NCBI GenBank assembly: GCA_937907455.1
Contig: CALESQ010000082.1
Coordinates: 10,898-74,897 of the forward strand
DNA length: 64,000 bases
Origin: an uncultured Caldilineales bacterium
GTDB lineage: Bacteria; Chloroflexota; Anaerolineae; JAAEKA01
Reading direction: 5' to 3'
Below, piece by piece: positions 17,352 through 27,205 of the stretch. Position numbers and translations under genes: made by a program. Below the pieces are notes generated by a model that saw only the letters and a list, made by a program, of their open reading frames with translations, ran no database searches and was not told the origin of the DNA. Position 1 is the stretch's first letter; each line of letters starts with the position of its first letter.

Positions 17352-18744
17352 CTATGGCCCCGTGTATCCAACTGCTTGCTGACTCCACTCTTGAACGGCA
17401 GCGTCAATGAGCTGCTGCAGGATCTCTGAAGCCACATCATATGTCCCGGCAGAGATTGCCTTCATTATGTTCTCCAGATGACTCGCAGACAAGTTCACTG
17501 TTCGTCCTTCGAGTACGATTTGGCCGCGCAGTACTCCATTGCCAGGCAGGAGCCGGATCATTGGGACGCCGCCCTTGAAGACCTGGTCACCCAACGAGTT
17601 CAGGATCGGGTTCATCAGCTTTTGCATCCCATATCCTGCACCTGCGGACACGCTGCCTCCAAGTGCATCAAAGGTCATAGTCTGGACATCCAGGAAACCA
17701 GCATCCAATGCGCTTTGGAGCAATGCATCATTATTCCAGCCCTGCCCATGCATCCATTGAACAAGTTGTTTGCTCCCACCCTCTGTCAACGCCGCAGCTT
17801 GTCCACCCAAAGCACCACCGACACCTCCCAGGGCCACTGTTCCATATACGCCAACGCCCAGATAGGTACCGATACCCAACGTCCCTCCGGCCACTGCCCC
17901 TCCCATAAATCCTGCTGCTACCTTGCCACCATCGACCTTAAGTGCTGCATCCCCGAATGACATTCCCGCATTTAGGTTGTTCATCACCTGGGGTACATAT
18001 GCGATTGCTGCACCAATCACGCCTCCGATTAATGCGGTCGCAAGCAGTGGAGAATGGCCGTCGCTATCAACGAACTTGATAGGGTTGTTAAGGACATAGC
18101 TATACCTGTTCAGCGACTGCGGGTCGCCCGGCTCCGGCACGATGGTGTCGGCTTGAGCGCCCCTGGGCTTTCAGCCTGCGGGGTGCTGCGCAAAAACGTC
18201 CCAGCACGGGGTCGTAGAAGCGCGCGTTGTAATACATCAACCCGCCGATGCCAGGGTCGCGCTGGCCGGTGAATGTATAGCTGGTCGGCAGTGCATTGCT
18301 GCCTCCGCTGCGCAGTGATCCCCACGGGTAGTAGCGTTGAGCCACGGTCTGGCCGTCACCGGCACGATAGCTCACGCTGCTGGAACCCAGGTGGTCGCTG
18401 AACAGATAGTAAACCTGGTTCGATGTTGTGCTGCGCACACGCATGGCAATGCGCTGCCCACCCAGGCTATAGTAGCTGCGCCAGACATGAGTAGCCGGTG
18501 GATTTACATCCGGTGCAGCAGCCGCATTCTCCACCAGCTCTGCCGGCTGCGCCGCCACTACAGGAGAGATGACCGCACCGGGTTGTACCTCACGAACAGC
18601 TTCTGGCATTACAGATTGCTGCATGGATGTATCCGCCTGACCGCCGGGGAGCGTATAGGTCACCACCAGTTTAGGTCTACGGGTGGCTGTACCGTTTTCG
18701 CGGCTGCCAAAGTAGTAGCTCATGATGGCGCTGTTCAGCGGCAA
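17352..18744 (-). pseudogene. orphan RHS C-terminal cassette F: core fragment (about 18141-18500, with the 34-nt insertion at 18159-18192 and no 23-nt insertion) plus a glycine-zipper-rich, membrane-active-type tip (17352-18140)
   Basis: Core: HVWRSYYSLGGQRIAMR...YYLFSDHLGSSSV...RFYDPVLGRF then the insertion. Tip: PEPGDPQSLNRYSYVLNNPIKFVDSDGH followed by GxxxG-rich hydrophobic segments. Confidence 0.6.
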
Positions 18745-18975
18745 CGTGGGTCGCAGCCGGCGTTACCATCCCTGCCAACAAAGAAACCGCCACTATCCAA
18801 AATTAACCGCGCAGTAAACCTGAAGTCTTCACAACTTTCCTCCGACAGCTTGTGAGTGTCTGTGCCCTGTTCCGGTCAACGGCGTTAGTCATAAGAAGAA
18901 CATGGCCCGCTTTATCTGCATTCGTCGCAGCATAGCGTAATTATAACAACGATTTGCAATAGCGACAAATATCAG

Positions 18976-19143
18976 GTTGTGTATGGATTTCGGTTGAAAT
19001 GTGTTGCCACCGAATTGAATTCGGTGTCTCAAGCCACGAAGCCCCTGCCGGGGCTTTCGGAGAGCGCCTGAGAGCGCTTCGTTCTCTGAACCGCAACCAT
19101 GTATTGTCCGGCTCTTGTCATTCAACCGAAAGTCGCACACTAC
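18976..19143 (+). mobile_element. MITE-like element, copy 1 (168 bp; ~25-bp imperfect terminal inverted repeats; flanked by the 9-10 bp direct repeat CAAATATCA(G))
   Basis: caaatatcag at 18966-18975 and again at 19144-19153. The ends are ggttgtgtatggatttcggttgaaatg and cattcaaccgaaagtcgcaca, which are inverted repeats. About 90% identical to the copy at 52180. Confidence 0.6.
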
Positions 19144-19237
19144 CAAATATCAGCCCGATTCGGATGACCACAAACTGCCCTCAGCCTGATTTCTGACAGC
19201 TAAGATGGCCCCAGCGCAGATAACAACGGACGCTGTG

Positions 19238-19996
19238 TCAGGCCTTTTCGGCAATACACAGCACCGAGGTGCCCACAGGCAACGAAACCACACGCATCAG
19301 CGCAGCTTCTGCCTGGCCCACACTGCTGAGAATACCGTTCAGCAACGGTGGCGCCGGCTCCATCTCCACCTGATAGGCGTCATTGTCGAAATGCGGCGAG
19401 GCCAATTCCGGCTCGGCCCGGTTGCGCCGTGCCAAAATCAGCCCGGCAGCCAGAGGAAATATAAAGAAATTATTGTAAGAGGCGCGCAACACCCGCAAAT
19501 GGTGGCGCTGCAACTTGTCTTTTAATTCAGCGCGCGTATAGCGCCGCTGGTGTGCATTGATCACGTCGTTGTGGCTCCACAGCGCCATCAGCGCAGGCAC
19601 AGTCACCACCAGCTTGCCCCCCGGCTTGAGTACGCGGTAGCATTCGCTGAACACGCCATGTTCATTGGGCACATGCTCAACCACATCCAACAGGGTAACA
19701 ATGTCGAAGCTGGCTGCCTCAAAGGGCAGATCGTCGGCACTGCCTTCCTGCACGTTGAAGCCGCGCTGCTGGGCCACTGTCAGCGCCGGTGAGTAGGTGT
19801 CTACCCCGACTACCTCGCCATAATGGCTAAGGTGGTGCATCATGTTGCCTGCGCCGCAGCCTACATCCAGCACGCGGCGGTGGTGCGCACCGCTGCCTGC
19901 ATAACGATCCAGATAGCCCAGAATGGCACGGGTACGGCTGGCAAACCACCAGTGGCGGTCTTCATCCAGCACAAGGTTCATAGGAGTAGAGGTCAT
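19238..19996 (-). CDS. class I SAM-dependent methyltransferase
   Basis: VLDVGCGAGNM glycine-rich SAM motif and the LKPGGKLVV motif. Confidence 0.8.
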   Translation of the reverse strand: MTSTPMNLVLDEDRHWWFASRTRAILGYLDRYAGSGAHHRRVLDVGCGAGNMMHHLSHYGEVVGVDTYSPALTVAQQRGFNVQEGSADDLPFEAASFDIVTLLDVVEHVPNEHGVFSECYRVLKPGGKLVVTVPALMALWSHNDVINAHQRRYTRAELKDKLQRHHLRVLRASYNNFFIFPLAAGLILARRNRAEPELASPHFDNDAYQVEMEPAPPLLNGILSSVGQAEAALMRVVSLPVGTSVLCIAEKA

Positions 19997-20034
19997 AGCA
20001 TCGCCTGTTCAGAGAAATGATTAGGGATTGTAGC

Positions 20035-21291
20035 CTAAATCGCGGCGCTTGCCAAAGGTGCAAGCCACGGCAGCGCGGCATTCACCACAGCGGCCACGGA
20101 GATATCGCGCACGCAGCCATGCGCCGCCAATGCCGCGGCAGGCCAATCCAGCCGGTTGCAAGGGATGCAACCCCAGTCGGACACCAGCACACGGTGGCGC
20201 TGGGCATTCCCCCACGGCCCGAAGGTGCGCTGGTCCACCGGACCATAGAGATGCACGGTGGGCGTGCCTACGGCCACCGCCAGATGCAGCGGGCCGCTGT
20301 CCGGCCCAATCACCAGCGCACAGCGCCGGTACAGCGCAGCCAGCACACCGAGGCTGGTTTGGCCGGCCAGTGTCACCGGTGTTGGTGCCAAGTTGGGCGG
20401 CAGCAGAGCCAGCACAGCATTGATCTCGGCGGCCTCGCTGGCCGCGCCAGTAAACAGCACCTGCGCGCCGGTGGTGCGCACCAGCGCTGTCACCGTTTCC
20501 GCCCAGGCTGCGGGCTGCCAGCGTTTTACTTCGGCGCCGCTGCCAGGATGCAGCGCCACCACTGAAGCAGCCGCGCGGGCGGGCAACAGAGCTTCGGCCG
20601 CGGCCATATCTTGCGGCGACACCGCCACGCGCAGACCAAGGCTCTCAGGCTGCCAGGCAGCTTCATCAAGCTGGCTGGCAGCGGCCACCAACGCCAGATT
20701 CTGCGCCACCTCGTGGCGACCAGGTTGATAGGGTACGGCCTGCGTCAGAAAAGGCGCCGTCTCAGGCCAGGCATAACCCACGCGCCGGGGGATGCCCGCA
20801 GCCGCAGCCAACCAGGCTCCCCACCAATGATCGAAGCGCAGCACCAGCGCCAGATCGAAATGCTGCGCCGCCAGGCGTTGTGCCTCGGCGCGCAGCAGGC
20901 GATAGGGCGCAGTCAGGACGGTGGCGGGCTGGCGGCTGAAACCGGGAAAAGCACACGTGAGAATCTCATCAGCGTCAGAGGTATCGGCCAGCACCGCCTG
21001 GCTCCACGGTCCCAGCAATACGCTAATGTGAGCAGCAGGCAGAGCGCGGCGCAGCAAATGCAGCGCAGGCGTGGTAAACAGTACATCTCCCAGATGGTCA
21101 GGACGGATAACCAGAATGCGGCGACAGGAGTGCGGCGAAGGTGACGGTTGCGCAGCCCTGTAGCGCCATCCCCAGGCGCGCAGTAATGCCAGCCGCAGGC
21201 GCTGGCGCGGGGTGCGCGCTGCTGCCGCGGCGGCGCGGCGATGCTGCGCCGCTAACGCCTGGCGTTGCGCAGGGGAAGTTGTCGCGTTCAT
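20035..21291 (-). CDS. glycosyltransferase family 9 (heptosyltransferase-like) protein
   Basis: ILVIRPDHLGDVLFTTPALHLLRR N-terminal motif and C-terminal GPDSGPLHLAVAVGTPTVHLYGP. Confidence 0.75.
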   Translation of the reverse strand: MNATTSPAQRQALAAQHRRAAAAAARTPRQRLRLALLRAWGWRYRAAQPSPSPHSCRRILVIRPDHLGDVLFTTPALHLLRRALPAAHISVLLGPWSQAVLADTSDADEILTCAFPGFSRQPATVLTAPYRLLRAEAQRLAAQHFDLALVLRFDHWWGAWLAAAAGIPRRVGYAWPETAPFLTQAVPYQPGRHEVAQNLALVAAASQLDEAAWQPESLGLRVAVSPQDMAAAEALLPARAAASVVALHPGSGAEVKRWQPAAWAETVTALVRTTGAQVLFTGAASEAAEINAVLALLPPNLAPTPVTLAGQTSLGVLAALYRRCALVIGPDSGPLHLAVAVGTPTVHLYGPVDQRTFGPWGNAQRHRVLVSDWGCIPCNRLDWPAAALAAHGCVRDISVAAVVNAALPWLAPLASAAI

Positions 21292-21303
21292 CGGAGGAAA
21301 AGG

Positions 21304-22602
21304 TCAGCTCTGGCCGTTGACGCCCAGCTCGCGATAGATTTGGCGCAACTGCGGCACAATGGCCTGCCAGCCGTAATGTTGTTCGACAAAGCGACGACTG
21401 ACTGCGCCTAGCTCGCGCCGCCGCGCTGGGTTGCCCAACAGCGCAATCACAGCTTCGGCAAAGGCAGGGGCTTCGTCGGCAAACACCACCTCGCGGCCAT
21501 CGGTCAGCGGGAACCCCTCGCAGCCCAGCCGCGTGGAGACCAGCGCCGCGCGCATAGCCATTGCCTCCAGCACCTTGAGCCGTGTGCCGCCACCCATGCG
21601 CAGCGGCACCACGTACACCGAGGCTGCGGCAATGTGAGAGCGAATATCGGGCACGAAGCCGGCCACAATCACGCCAGGCAGTTGTGCCAGCTCTTGCACG
21701 CGCGGGTGGGGCTGTTTGCCCACGATCACGAAGTTAGCATCGGTCACGCGGCTGCGGATCAGCGGCAGCACCTCGTGAGCAAACCAGGTAACGGCATCAA
21801 TGTTGGGGCGAAAATCCATTTTGCCGGTGAATACCAGCGCGTTGGGGCCGTAGTCGGGCAGGCGTGTATCCTGTTGCGGGTCGTAGGCCGCGTAATAGTC
21901 CAAATCAACGCCGTTGGGCACTACGGTGATATTCAGGCCCGGGTCCAGCTCCAGCAGGGCGGCGCGGTCTGCGTCAGACACGGCCACAACGTGATCGGCC
22001 TGACGGCAGATGGCACGTTCGTAGCGGCGCAGCTTTTGCCATTGCACCAACGAATAGGCTGCGGCATGCCAGCGGCCCGGCTTGCGCCGGTCAGTTTCCC
22101 AGGCGCGCTGCTGCAGCACATATTCAGCATTGTGGTTGTCGAACACCAGCCGCGGCCGGCCTATGGGAATAGAAGGCAGATTGGCTTTTTGCTGGGCATT
22201 GCGCCACAATGGGTGATGCGTAAGCCAAAGGCCATAGGGGGCCATTTCAATGCCTTCAATCTGTACCACATCGTAGCGATAGCGCTCCAGCAACATGCCA
22301 AGCTGTGCCTGGAAGGTGTCGGAGGCCAAACGTAGCCCCATGTCTGGCGTGGTAGTGATGGCGGTGGTCCAGGCGCGGCGCATCAGGTCACGTGGCGGCG
22401 GCGCGTCCACAGCTTCGATCACGGTGCAATAGCGTGGCAATGGCGAGTTACCCGGCGGATTGTCGCCCTCAGCCTGAAAGGTGAGCAGATGGATTTCGTA
22501 CTCGCCAGCCAGATTTGCCAGCAAGTTATAGTTGCGGATGGTAGTTCCCTGATGCGGTGGATAGGGAACCTGCGGGGTGAGAAAAAGCAGGCGGTGCGGC
22601 AT
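21304..22602 (-). CDS. glycosyltransferase family 4 protein
   Basis: C-terminal GT-B donor-binding region (VVPLRMGGGTRLKVLEAMAMRAALVSTRLGCEGF). Confidence 0.75.
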   Translation of the reverse strand: MPHRLLFLTPQVPYPPHQGTTIRNYNLLANLAGEYEIHLLTFQAEGDNPPGNSPLPRYCTVIEAVDAPPPRDLMRRAWTTAITTTPDMGLRLASDTFQAQLGMLLERYRYDVVQIEGIEMAPYGLWLTHHPLWRNAQQKANLPSIPIGRPRLVFDNHNAEYVLQQRAWETDRRKPGRWHAAAYSLVQWQKLRRYERAICRQADHVVAVSDADRAALLELDPGLNITVVPNGVDLDYYAAYDPQQDTRLPDYGPNALVFTGKMDFRPNIDAVTWFAHEVLPLIRSRVTDANFVIVGKQPHPRVQELAQLPGVIVAGFVPDIRSHIAAASVYVVPLRMGGGTRLKVLEAMAMRAALVSTRLGCEGFPLTDGREVVFADEAPAFAEAVIALLGNPARRRELGAVSRRFVEQHYGWQAIVPQLRQIYRELGVNGQS

Positions 22603-23811
22603 TCAGGGAGTTCCTGTAGCGTGATAGGCACGCTGGTACACGGCCAGAGTTTCTTCGGCGGCGCGCTGCCAGGAAAAGGTACGGGCGCGGGCCAGCCCTT
22701 TGGCACGCAGCGAGGCGCGCAGGGCCTCATCATCCAACAGCCGCTGCAACGCCACAGCCAAATCTTCCTCGCTGTGAGGATCCACCAGCAGCCCGGCATC
22801 GCCCACCACCTCAGGCAGGCTGGAAACGTTGGATACCACCACCGGCAGCCCGCAGGCCATGGCCTCCAGCGGGGTCAGGCCAAAGCCTTCGTAATGCGCG
22901 GGATGGGCCAGGCACGTCGCCAGATTGTAGAGATACACCAGGTCGCCATTCTGCACGCGCCCCAGAAAAGTAACGTGTGCTTGCAGCTTAAGTTGCTCCA
23001 CCGTCTCAAAAATCTGCTCGGCCAGCCAGCCGGTGGCCCCGGCCAGCACCAGCCCCGCACTCACTTTGTAAGAATCGAGCAGGCGACGGTAGGCATGGAG
23101 CAAGGTGGTGATGTTCTTGCGCGGCTCAATGGTGCTGACGAAGAGGATGAACTCATCGGGCAGGGGAAATTTGTGGCGCAGCGAGGCCAGCGCCTCGGCG
23201 CGGCTCAACGGACGATAGAGGGGATCCGCGGCTTCGTACACCACGGTGATTTTGCTGGCTGACGCCCCCACCAGCTTCACCAGGTCGTCTCTGGTGCTTT
23301 GCGACACCGCGATAATGTGGTCAGCCCGTTCCACCGCGGCATCAATCTGGCCGTAATAGCGCGCGCTGTCTTCGGTAAGAAAGTGCGGCCAGCGCAAAAA
23401 AGCCAAATCGTGGACAGTAATCACCGATTTAAAGCCGTGCGCACGCAGCGGCGGAATGAAATCAGGGCTGTGCAGCAGGTCAATCTCCAGCTTCTGCGCC
23501 ATGCGGCGCAAGCGCAGCTCTGCCGCCAGCAATGTTTGCTCGCGGCGGTGATGGCTGGGGGTCCACAGCCCGCTACGGCTGACATGCTCACCCGTAGCCA
23601 GGGGGCGATGATCGCTGCGGTGCTGCAACAGCAAGTAGCGGTTGGTAGCATCCAGCCGCGCCAAAGCCTGTGCCAAATGGATGGTGTATTGACCAATCCC
23701 GGCACCAGTGTAGTGAGCAATACGGGCGTCTATGGCAATGCGCATGAAAGCGTTGATTTGGCGAGCTGAACATAACAAAAAACCCCCACACCGATGGCGG
23801 CATGGAGGCAA
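22603..23811 (-). CDS. glycosyltransferase family 4 protein
   Basis: EGFGLTPLEAMACGLPVVVS motif; adjacent to and co-oriented with the other glycosyltransferases. Confidence 0.8.
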   Translation of the reverse strand: MPPCRHRCGGFLLCSARQINAFMRIAIDARIAHYTGAGIGQYTIHLAQALARLDATNRYLLLQHRSDHRPLATGEHVSRSGLWTPSHHRREQTLLAAELRLRRMAQKLEIDLLHSPDFIPPLRAHGFKSVITVHDLAFLRWPHFLTEDSARYYGQIDAAVERADHIIAVSQSTRDDLVKLVGASASKITVVYEAADPLYRPLSRAEALASLRHKFPLPDEFILFVSTIEPRKNITTLLHAYRRLLDSYKVSAGLVLAGATGWLAEQIFETVEQLKLQAHVTFLGRVQNGDLVYLYNLATCLAHPAHYEGFGLTPLEAMACGLPVVVSNVSSLPEVVGDAGLLVDPHSEEDLAVALQRLLDDEALRASLRAKGLARARTFSWQRAAEETLAVYQRAYHATGTP

Positions 23812-23875
23812 CGATGCCTGACCTCGCCTACTATACCATGATCGTCAGGTCGTGTCAAGGCTGTCACGGTCATAT

Positions 23876-24499
23876 TCAGATAGCGCTCTGCACCAGCGCG
23901 GCCAGCTCGGCCAGAATCATGGCAGTAGCGCCCCACACCTGATGCCCCAGCACGCGAAAATAGGGCACGTTGAGCGTTTGCCCCAGCACCACGCGCGTTT
24001 CATAGCCGACGCTGTCAGGTTGCGCAAAAAGGTGCAGCGGTGCTTCGATCAGCTCGGCTACCTCGCCAGGCTGCGGGATAAAATGCGGACGCTGTGCGGC
24101 ATAAGCCACATAGGGCGATACATGAAAATGGCTGGGAGGAATGTACAGCGGGGTGAGTGCGCCCAGCAAGCGCAGATCGTCGGTGCAGGCGCCAATCTCT
24201 TCGCAGGCTTCACGCAGTGCCGCGTGGGCGGGCGAGGCATCATGCGCATCCACGCTGCCACCGGGAAAGCTGATTTGCCCGCGATGATTGCCCACAGTGT
24301 CGGTGCGACGCGTCAGCACCAGATACAATTCATCGCTTGATGGTTGCGGATAGAGCAGCACCAGCACAGCACCGACTCGCGGCCGCGGCTCACCCTCTGG
24401 AGGATAAAGCGCGCGCGTCAGCGGGGCCATGCGGCGCATCGCCTCGACCCCGGGCAGTGGGCCTTGCAGCGCTGCCTGAAGCTGTTGCAGGCTGATCAT
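23876..24499 (-). CDS. NUDIX hydrolase (CoA pyrophosphatase-like)
   Basis: NUDIX box GGSVDAHDASPAHAALREACEEIG; LTRR upstream motif typical of CoA pyrophosphatases. Confidence 0.7.
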   Translation of the reverse strand: MISLQQLQAALQGPLPGVEAMRRMAPLTRALYPPEGEPRPRVGAVLVLLYPQPSSDELYLVLTRRTDTVGNHRGQISFPGGSVDAHDASPAHAALREACEEIGACTDDLRLLGALTPLYIPPSHFHVSPYVAYAAQRPHFIPQPGEVAELIEAPLHLFAQPDSVGYETRVVLGQTLNVPYFRVLGHQVWGATAMILAELAALVQSAI

Positions 24500-25425
24500 A
24501 GGTTACCTCGGACGCGCAGATGCGCCAGCGCAGCCGAGGCACTTTTACGCACCTTGTTTTTGGAATCGCTTTGCGCGGCTTGCAGCGCGGCGCTTGCCGC
24601 GCTGCCGCCCAAACAGCCCAACGCCTGAGCAGCGGCCTCGCGCACCAGGCCAGAGCTATCGCTTTGCAGACGAAGAATCAAGGCATCGGCTGTACTGCGG
24701 TCGCCCAACTCGCCCAGAGCCAGGGCCGCCGCAGCCCGTACCGGTGCCACGCGATGGCTCAAGGCATCCAGCAACGGTTCGCGTGCAAGAGAGCCGCCAA
24801 AACGTCCCAGCCAACGCGCGGCCCGCTCCACGTCACCCAGATCATCGCCATACAGCCGTTCAATCCAAGTGGCAGCGCTCAGGGCAATGTCCTCACCAAA
24901 GCGCGCCTGATCCTGTTCGGCACGCAAAAAGCCACGGTAAAGGTCTGCAAAGCCGGGCGCATCGGCTTGCCAGGCAGGATCGGATGCAGTAGCGCGCGGG
25001 GCGGCGCGGGGCGGGGCCAATTGCGCAGCAAACTGCGTAGCCGAACGCACCTGCCCGCCCGCAGCGCGCACCTGCGCAGCCAGCCCGCGGTCGTTGCTAA
25101 CCACGATGATTTCGCGCGGGCGCGCGGCAGCCCGCACCATCTGCACCAGCAGCGCATCAGCCTCTGTGCCTGCCGGGGCAAAACGCACCGTTAGCCAGGC
25201 ATCGGAAAACTGCCAGCGAGGCGCGGGGCCTACACCGCTATCAAACACCACGGTGACAGGCTGCCGCCGAGCCGCAGCAAAACTGCGCAACCGCGTGACC
25301 AGTTGCCATTCATCGTCGGCGTCGGTCAGCTCAATACCCGGCAGCGCGCCGATCAAATTGTGCCCATCAATCAACAAAGTCATGGTGGCTATTAAATCAG
25401 CAATGCGGGGAAAAGGCAAGTGCAT
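24496..25425 (-). CDS. NYN (YacP-like) domain protein fused to HEAT/PBS-lyase-like repeats
   Basis: N-terminal LLIDGHNLIG...VVFDSG (NYN/PIN-like); C-terminal repeated VR.AAAQALG HEAT-like units. The start may be the internal Met at complement 25383. Confidence 0.55.
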   Translation of the reverse strand: MHLPFPRIADLIATMTLLIDGHNLIGALPGIELTDADDEWQLVTRLRSFAAARRQPVTVVFDSGVGPAPRWQFSDAWLTVRFAPAGTEADALLVQMVRAAARPREIIVVSNDRGLAAQVRAAGGQVRSATQFAAQLAPPRAAPRATASDPAWQADAPGFADLYRGFLRAEQDQARFGEDIALSAATWIERLYGDDLGDVERAARWLGRFGGSLAREPLLDALSHRVAPVRAAAALALGELGDRSTADALILRLQSDSSGLVREAAAQALGCLGGSAASAALQAAQSDSKNKVRKSASAALAHLRVRGNL

Positions 25426-25549
25426 CCAGTGCGCTTAAGGCTTCGGCAAAATCCATCCATGCCTGAAAATCCTGCGGTTTTTGCAAACAATGCTACAATA
25501 GCTGCTGTTCACTGCCTGGTTTTCATTAACTTGTCCACCGGAGGCCCCC

Positions 25550-27205
25550 ATGACCCGCACCATCCACGCGCCGCGCGGCGCACAACTCACCTGCAAAAAC
25601 TGGCTGATCGAAGCTGCTTATCGCATGATCCAGAACAACCTTGACCCCGAGGTGGCGTTTGACCCTGCCAACCTGGTGGTATACGGCGGACGTGGCCGCG
25701 CTGCCCGCAACTGGGCCAGCTACGACGCCATTCTGCGCTCGCTGGAGACGCTGGAGCCGGATGAAACCTTATTAGTGCAGAGCGGCAAGCCGGTGGCGAT
25801 CTTTCGCACACACGAGGACGCGCCGCGCGTCCTGATCGCCAACAGCAACATCGTGCCGCACTGGGCCACGCAGGAAAATTTCGACCGCTGGGAGCGCGAC
25901 GGGCTGATTATGTTCGGCCAGATGACCGCGGGGTCGTGGATTTACATCGGCACGCAGGGTATTTTGCAGGGAACCTATGAAACCTTCGGCAGTCTGGCGC
26001 GACAACAAGGCTGGGCTGATGGCCTGCGCGGCAAGCTGGTGCTCACCGCGGGCCTGGGCGAGATGGGCGGCGCGCAGCCGCTGGCTGTTACCATGAACGG
26101 CGGCGTAGCGGTGGTGGCGGATGTGGACCCCTGGCGCATTGAGCGCCGGTTGGCGCATCGCTATCTCGATGTGTCCACCGACAGCCTGGAAGAAGCGATG
26201 ACCTGGGCGGAGGAAGCGCGGGCGCGCGGCGAAGCCAAATCTATCGGCCTGCTGGGCAACGCGGCCGAGGTGCTGCCAGAGCTGGTGCAGCGTGGTATCG
26301 TGCCTGACATCGTTACTGACCAGACCAGCGCGCACGATCCGCTGCTGGGCTATATTCCCGCGGGCTATTCGCTGGAGGCTGCGGCCGCGCTGCGCGAGCA
26401 TGACCGTACCGCGTATCTCGATGCGGCGATGCAAAGCATGGCCGCGCACGTCGAGGCGATGCTGGCAATGCAGCGCGCGGGGGCCATCGTGTTCGACTAC
26501 GGCAACAACCTGCGTCAGCGCGCCTATGATTACGGCGTAAAAGATGCGTTTTCGTACCCCGGCTTCGTGCCCGCGTTCATCCGCCCGCTCTTCTGCGAAG
26601 GCAGCGGCCCCTTCCGCTGGGTAGCGCTCAGCGGCGACCCCGAAGACATCCGCGTCACCGATCAGATCATCCTGGACCTGTTCCCCGAAAACGAACATTT
26701 GCACCGCTGGATCACGATGGCCCAGGAGCGGGTGGCTTTTCAGGGCCTGCCGGCGCGCATTTGCTGGCTGAAATATGGTGAGCGCGCCCAGGCTGGGCTG
26801 GCGTTCAATCAGGCTGTGGCCGAGGGCCGCGTCAAGGCCCCGATCGTGATTGGCCGTGACCATCTCGACAGCGGCTCGGTAGCCAGCCCCAACCGTGAAA
26901 CCGAGGGGATGCGCGACGGCTCCGACGCGATCAGCGACTGGCCGATTTTGAACGCGTTGGTCAACGCGGTGGGTGGGGCCACCTGGGTCAGCTTCCACCA
27001 CGGCGGCGGCGTAGGCATTGGCTACAGCCAGCACGCCGGGCAGGTGATCGTGGCCGACGGTACAGAGGCCGCGGCGCGGCGTCTGCAGCGTGTCCTCACC
27101 ACCGACCCCGGCATGGGTGTGGTGCGTCACGTGGACGCGGGCTACCCCGAAGCGATCAGCTTCGCGCGCGAGGCAGGCATCAAAGTGCCGATGCTCGACG
27201 TTTGA
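25550..27205 (+). CDS. hutU: urocanate hydratase
   Basis: 551 aa; strong identity to HutU over its whole length ([10 protein letters not shown]..., NAD-binding region, C-terminal GYPEAI). Confidence 0.9.
   Translation: MTRTIHAPRGAQLTCKNWLIEAAYRMIQNNLDPEVAFDPANLVVYGGRGRAARNWASYDAILRSLETLEPDETLLVQSGKPVAIFRTHEDAPRVLIANSNIVPHWATQENFDRWERDGLIMFGQMTAGSWIYIGTQGILQGTYETFGSLARQQGWADGLRGKLVLTAGLGEMGGAQPLAVTMNGGVAVVADVDPWRIERRLAHRYLDVSTDSLEEAMTWAEEARARGEAKSIGLLGNAAEVLPELVQRGIVPDIVTDQTSAHDPLLGYIPAGYSLEAAAALREHDRTAYLDAAMQSMAAHVEAMLAMQRAGAIVFDYGNNLRQRAYDYGVKDAFSYPGFVPAFIRPLFCEGSGPFRWVALSGDPEDIRVTDQIILDLFPENEHLHRWITMAQERVAFQGLPARICWLKYGERAQAGLAFNQAVAEGRVKAPIVIGRDHLDSGSVASPNRETEGMRDGSDAISDWPILNALVNAVGGATWVSFHHGGGVGIGYSQHAGQVIVADGTEAAARRLQRVLTTDPGMGVVRHVDAGYPEAISFAREAGIKVPMLDV

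Noticed and set aside
12357-18140. GTG-initiated MPEPGDPQSLNRY... ORFs as independent toxin genes
   Set aside because: The apparent Met is the Val of the conserved IVPEPGDP RHS junction. The tips are C-terminal modules that need an upstream RHS body, so they are treated as orphan cassettes.
18976-19143. Interpretation of the 168-bp structured repeat as a 6S-like or other housekeeping sRNA
   Set aside because: There are two dispersed copies, each flanked by its own short direct repeat, and the termini are inverted repeats. This fits a MITE better. Transcription into a structured RNA is not excluded.
25440-25549. TTGCAA...TACAAT promoter-like hexamers upstream of hutU
   Set aside because: The spacer is only 7 nt, so this is not a functional sigma70 arrangement.
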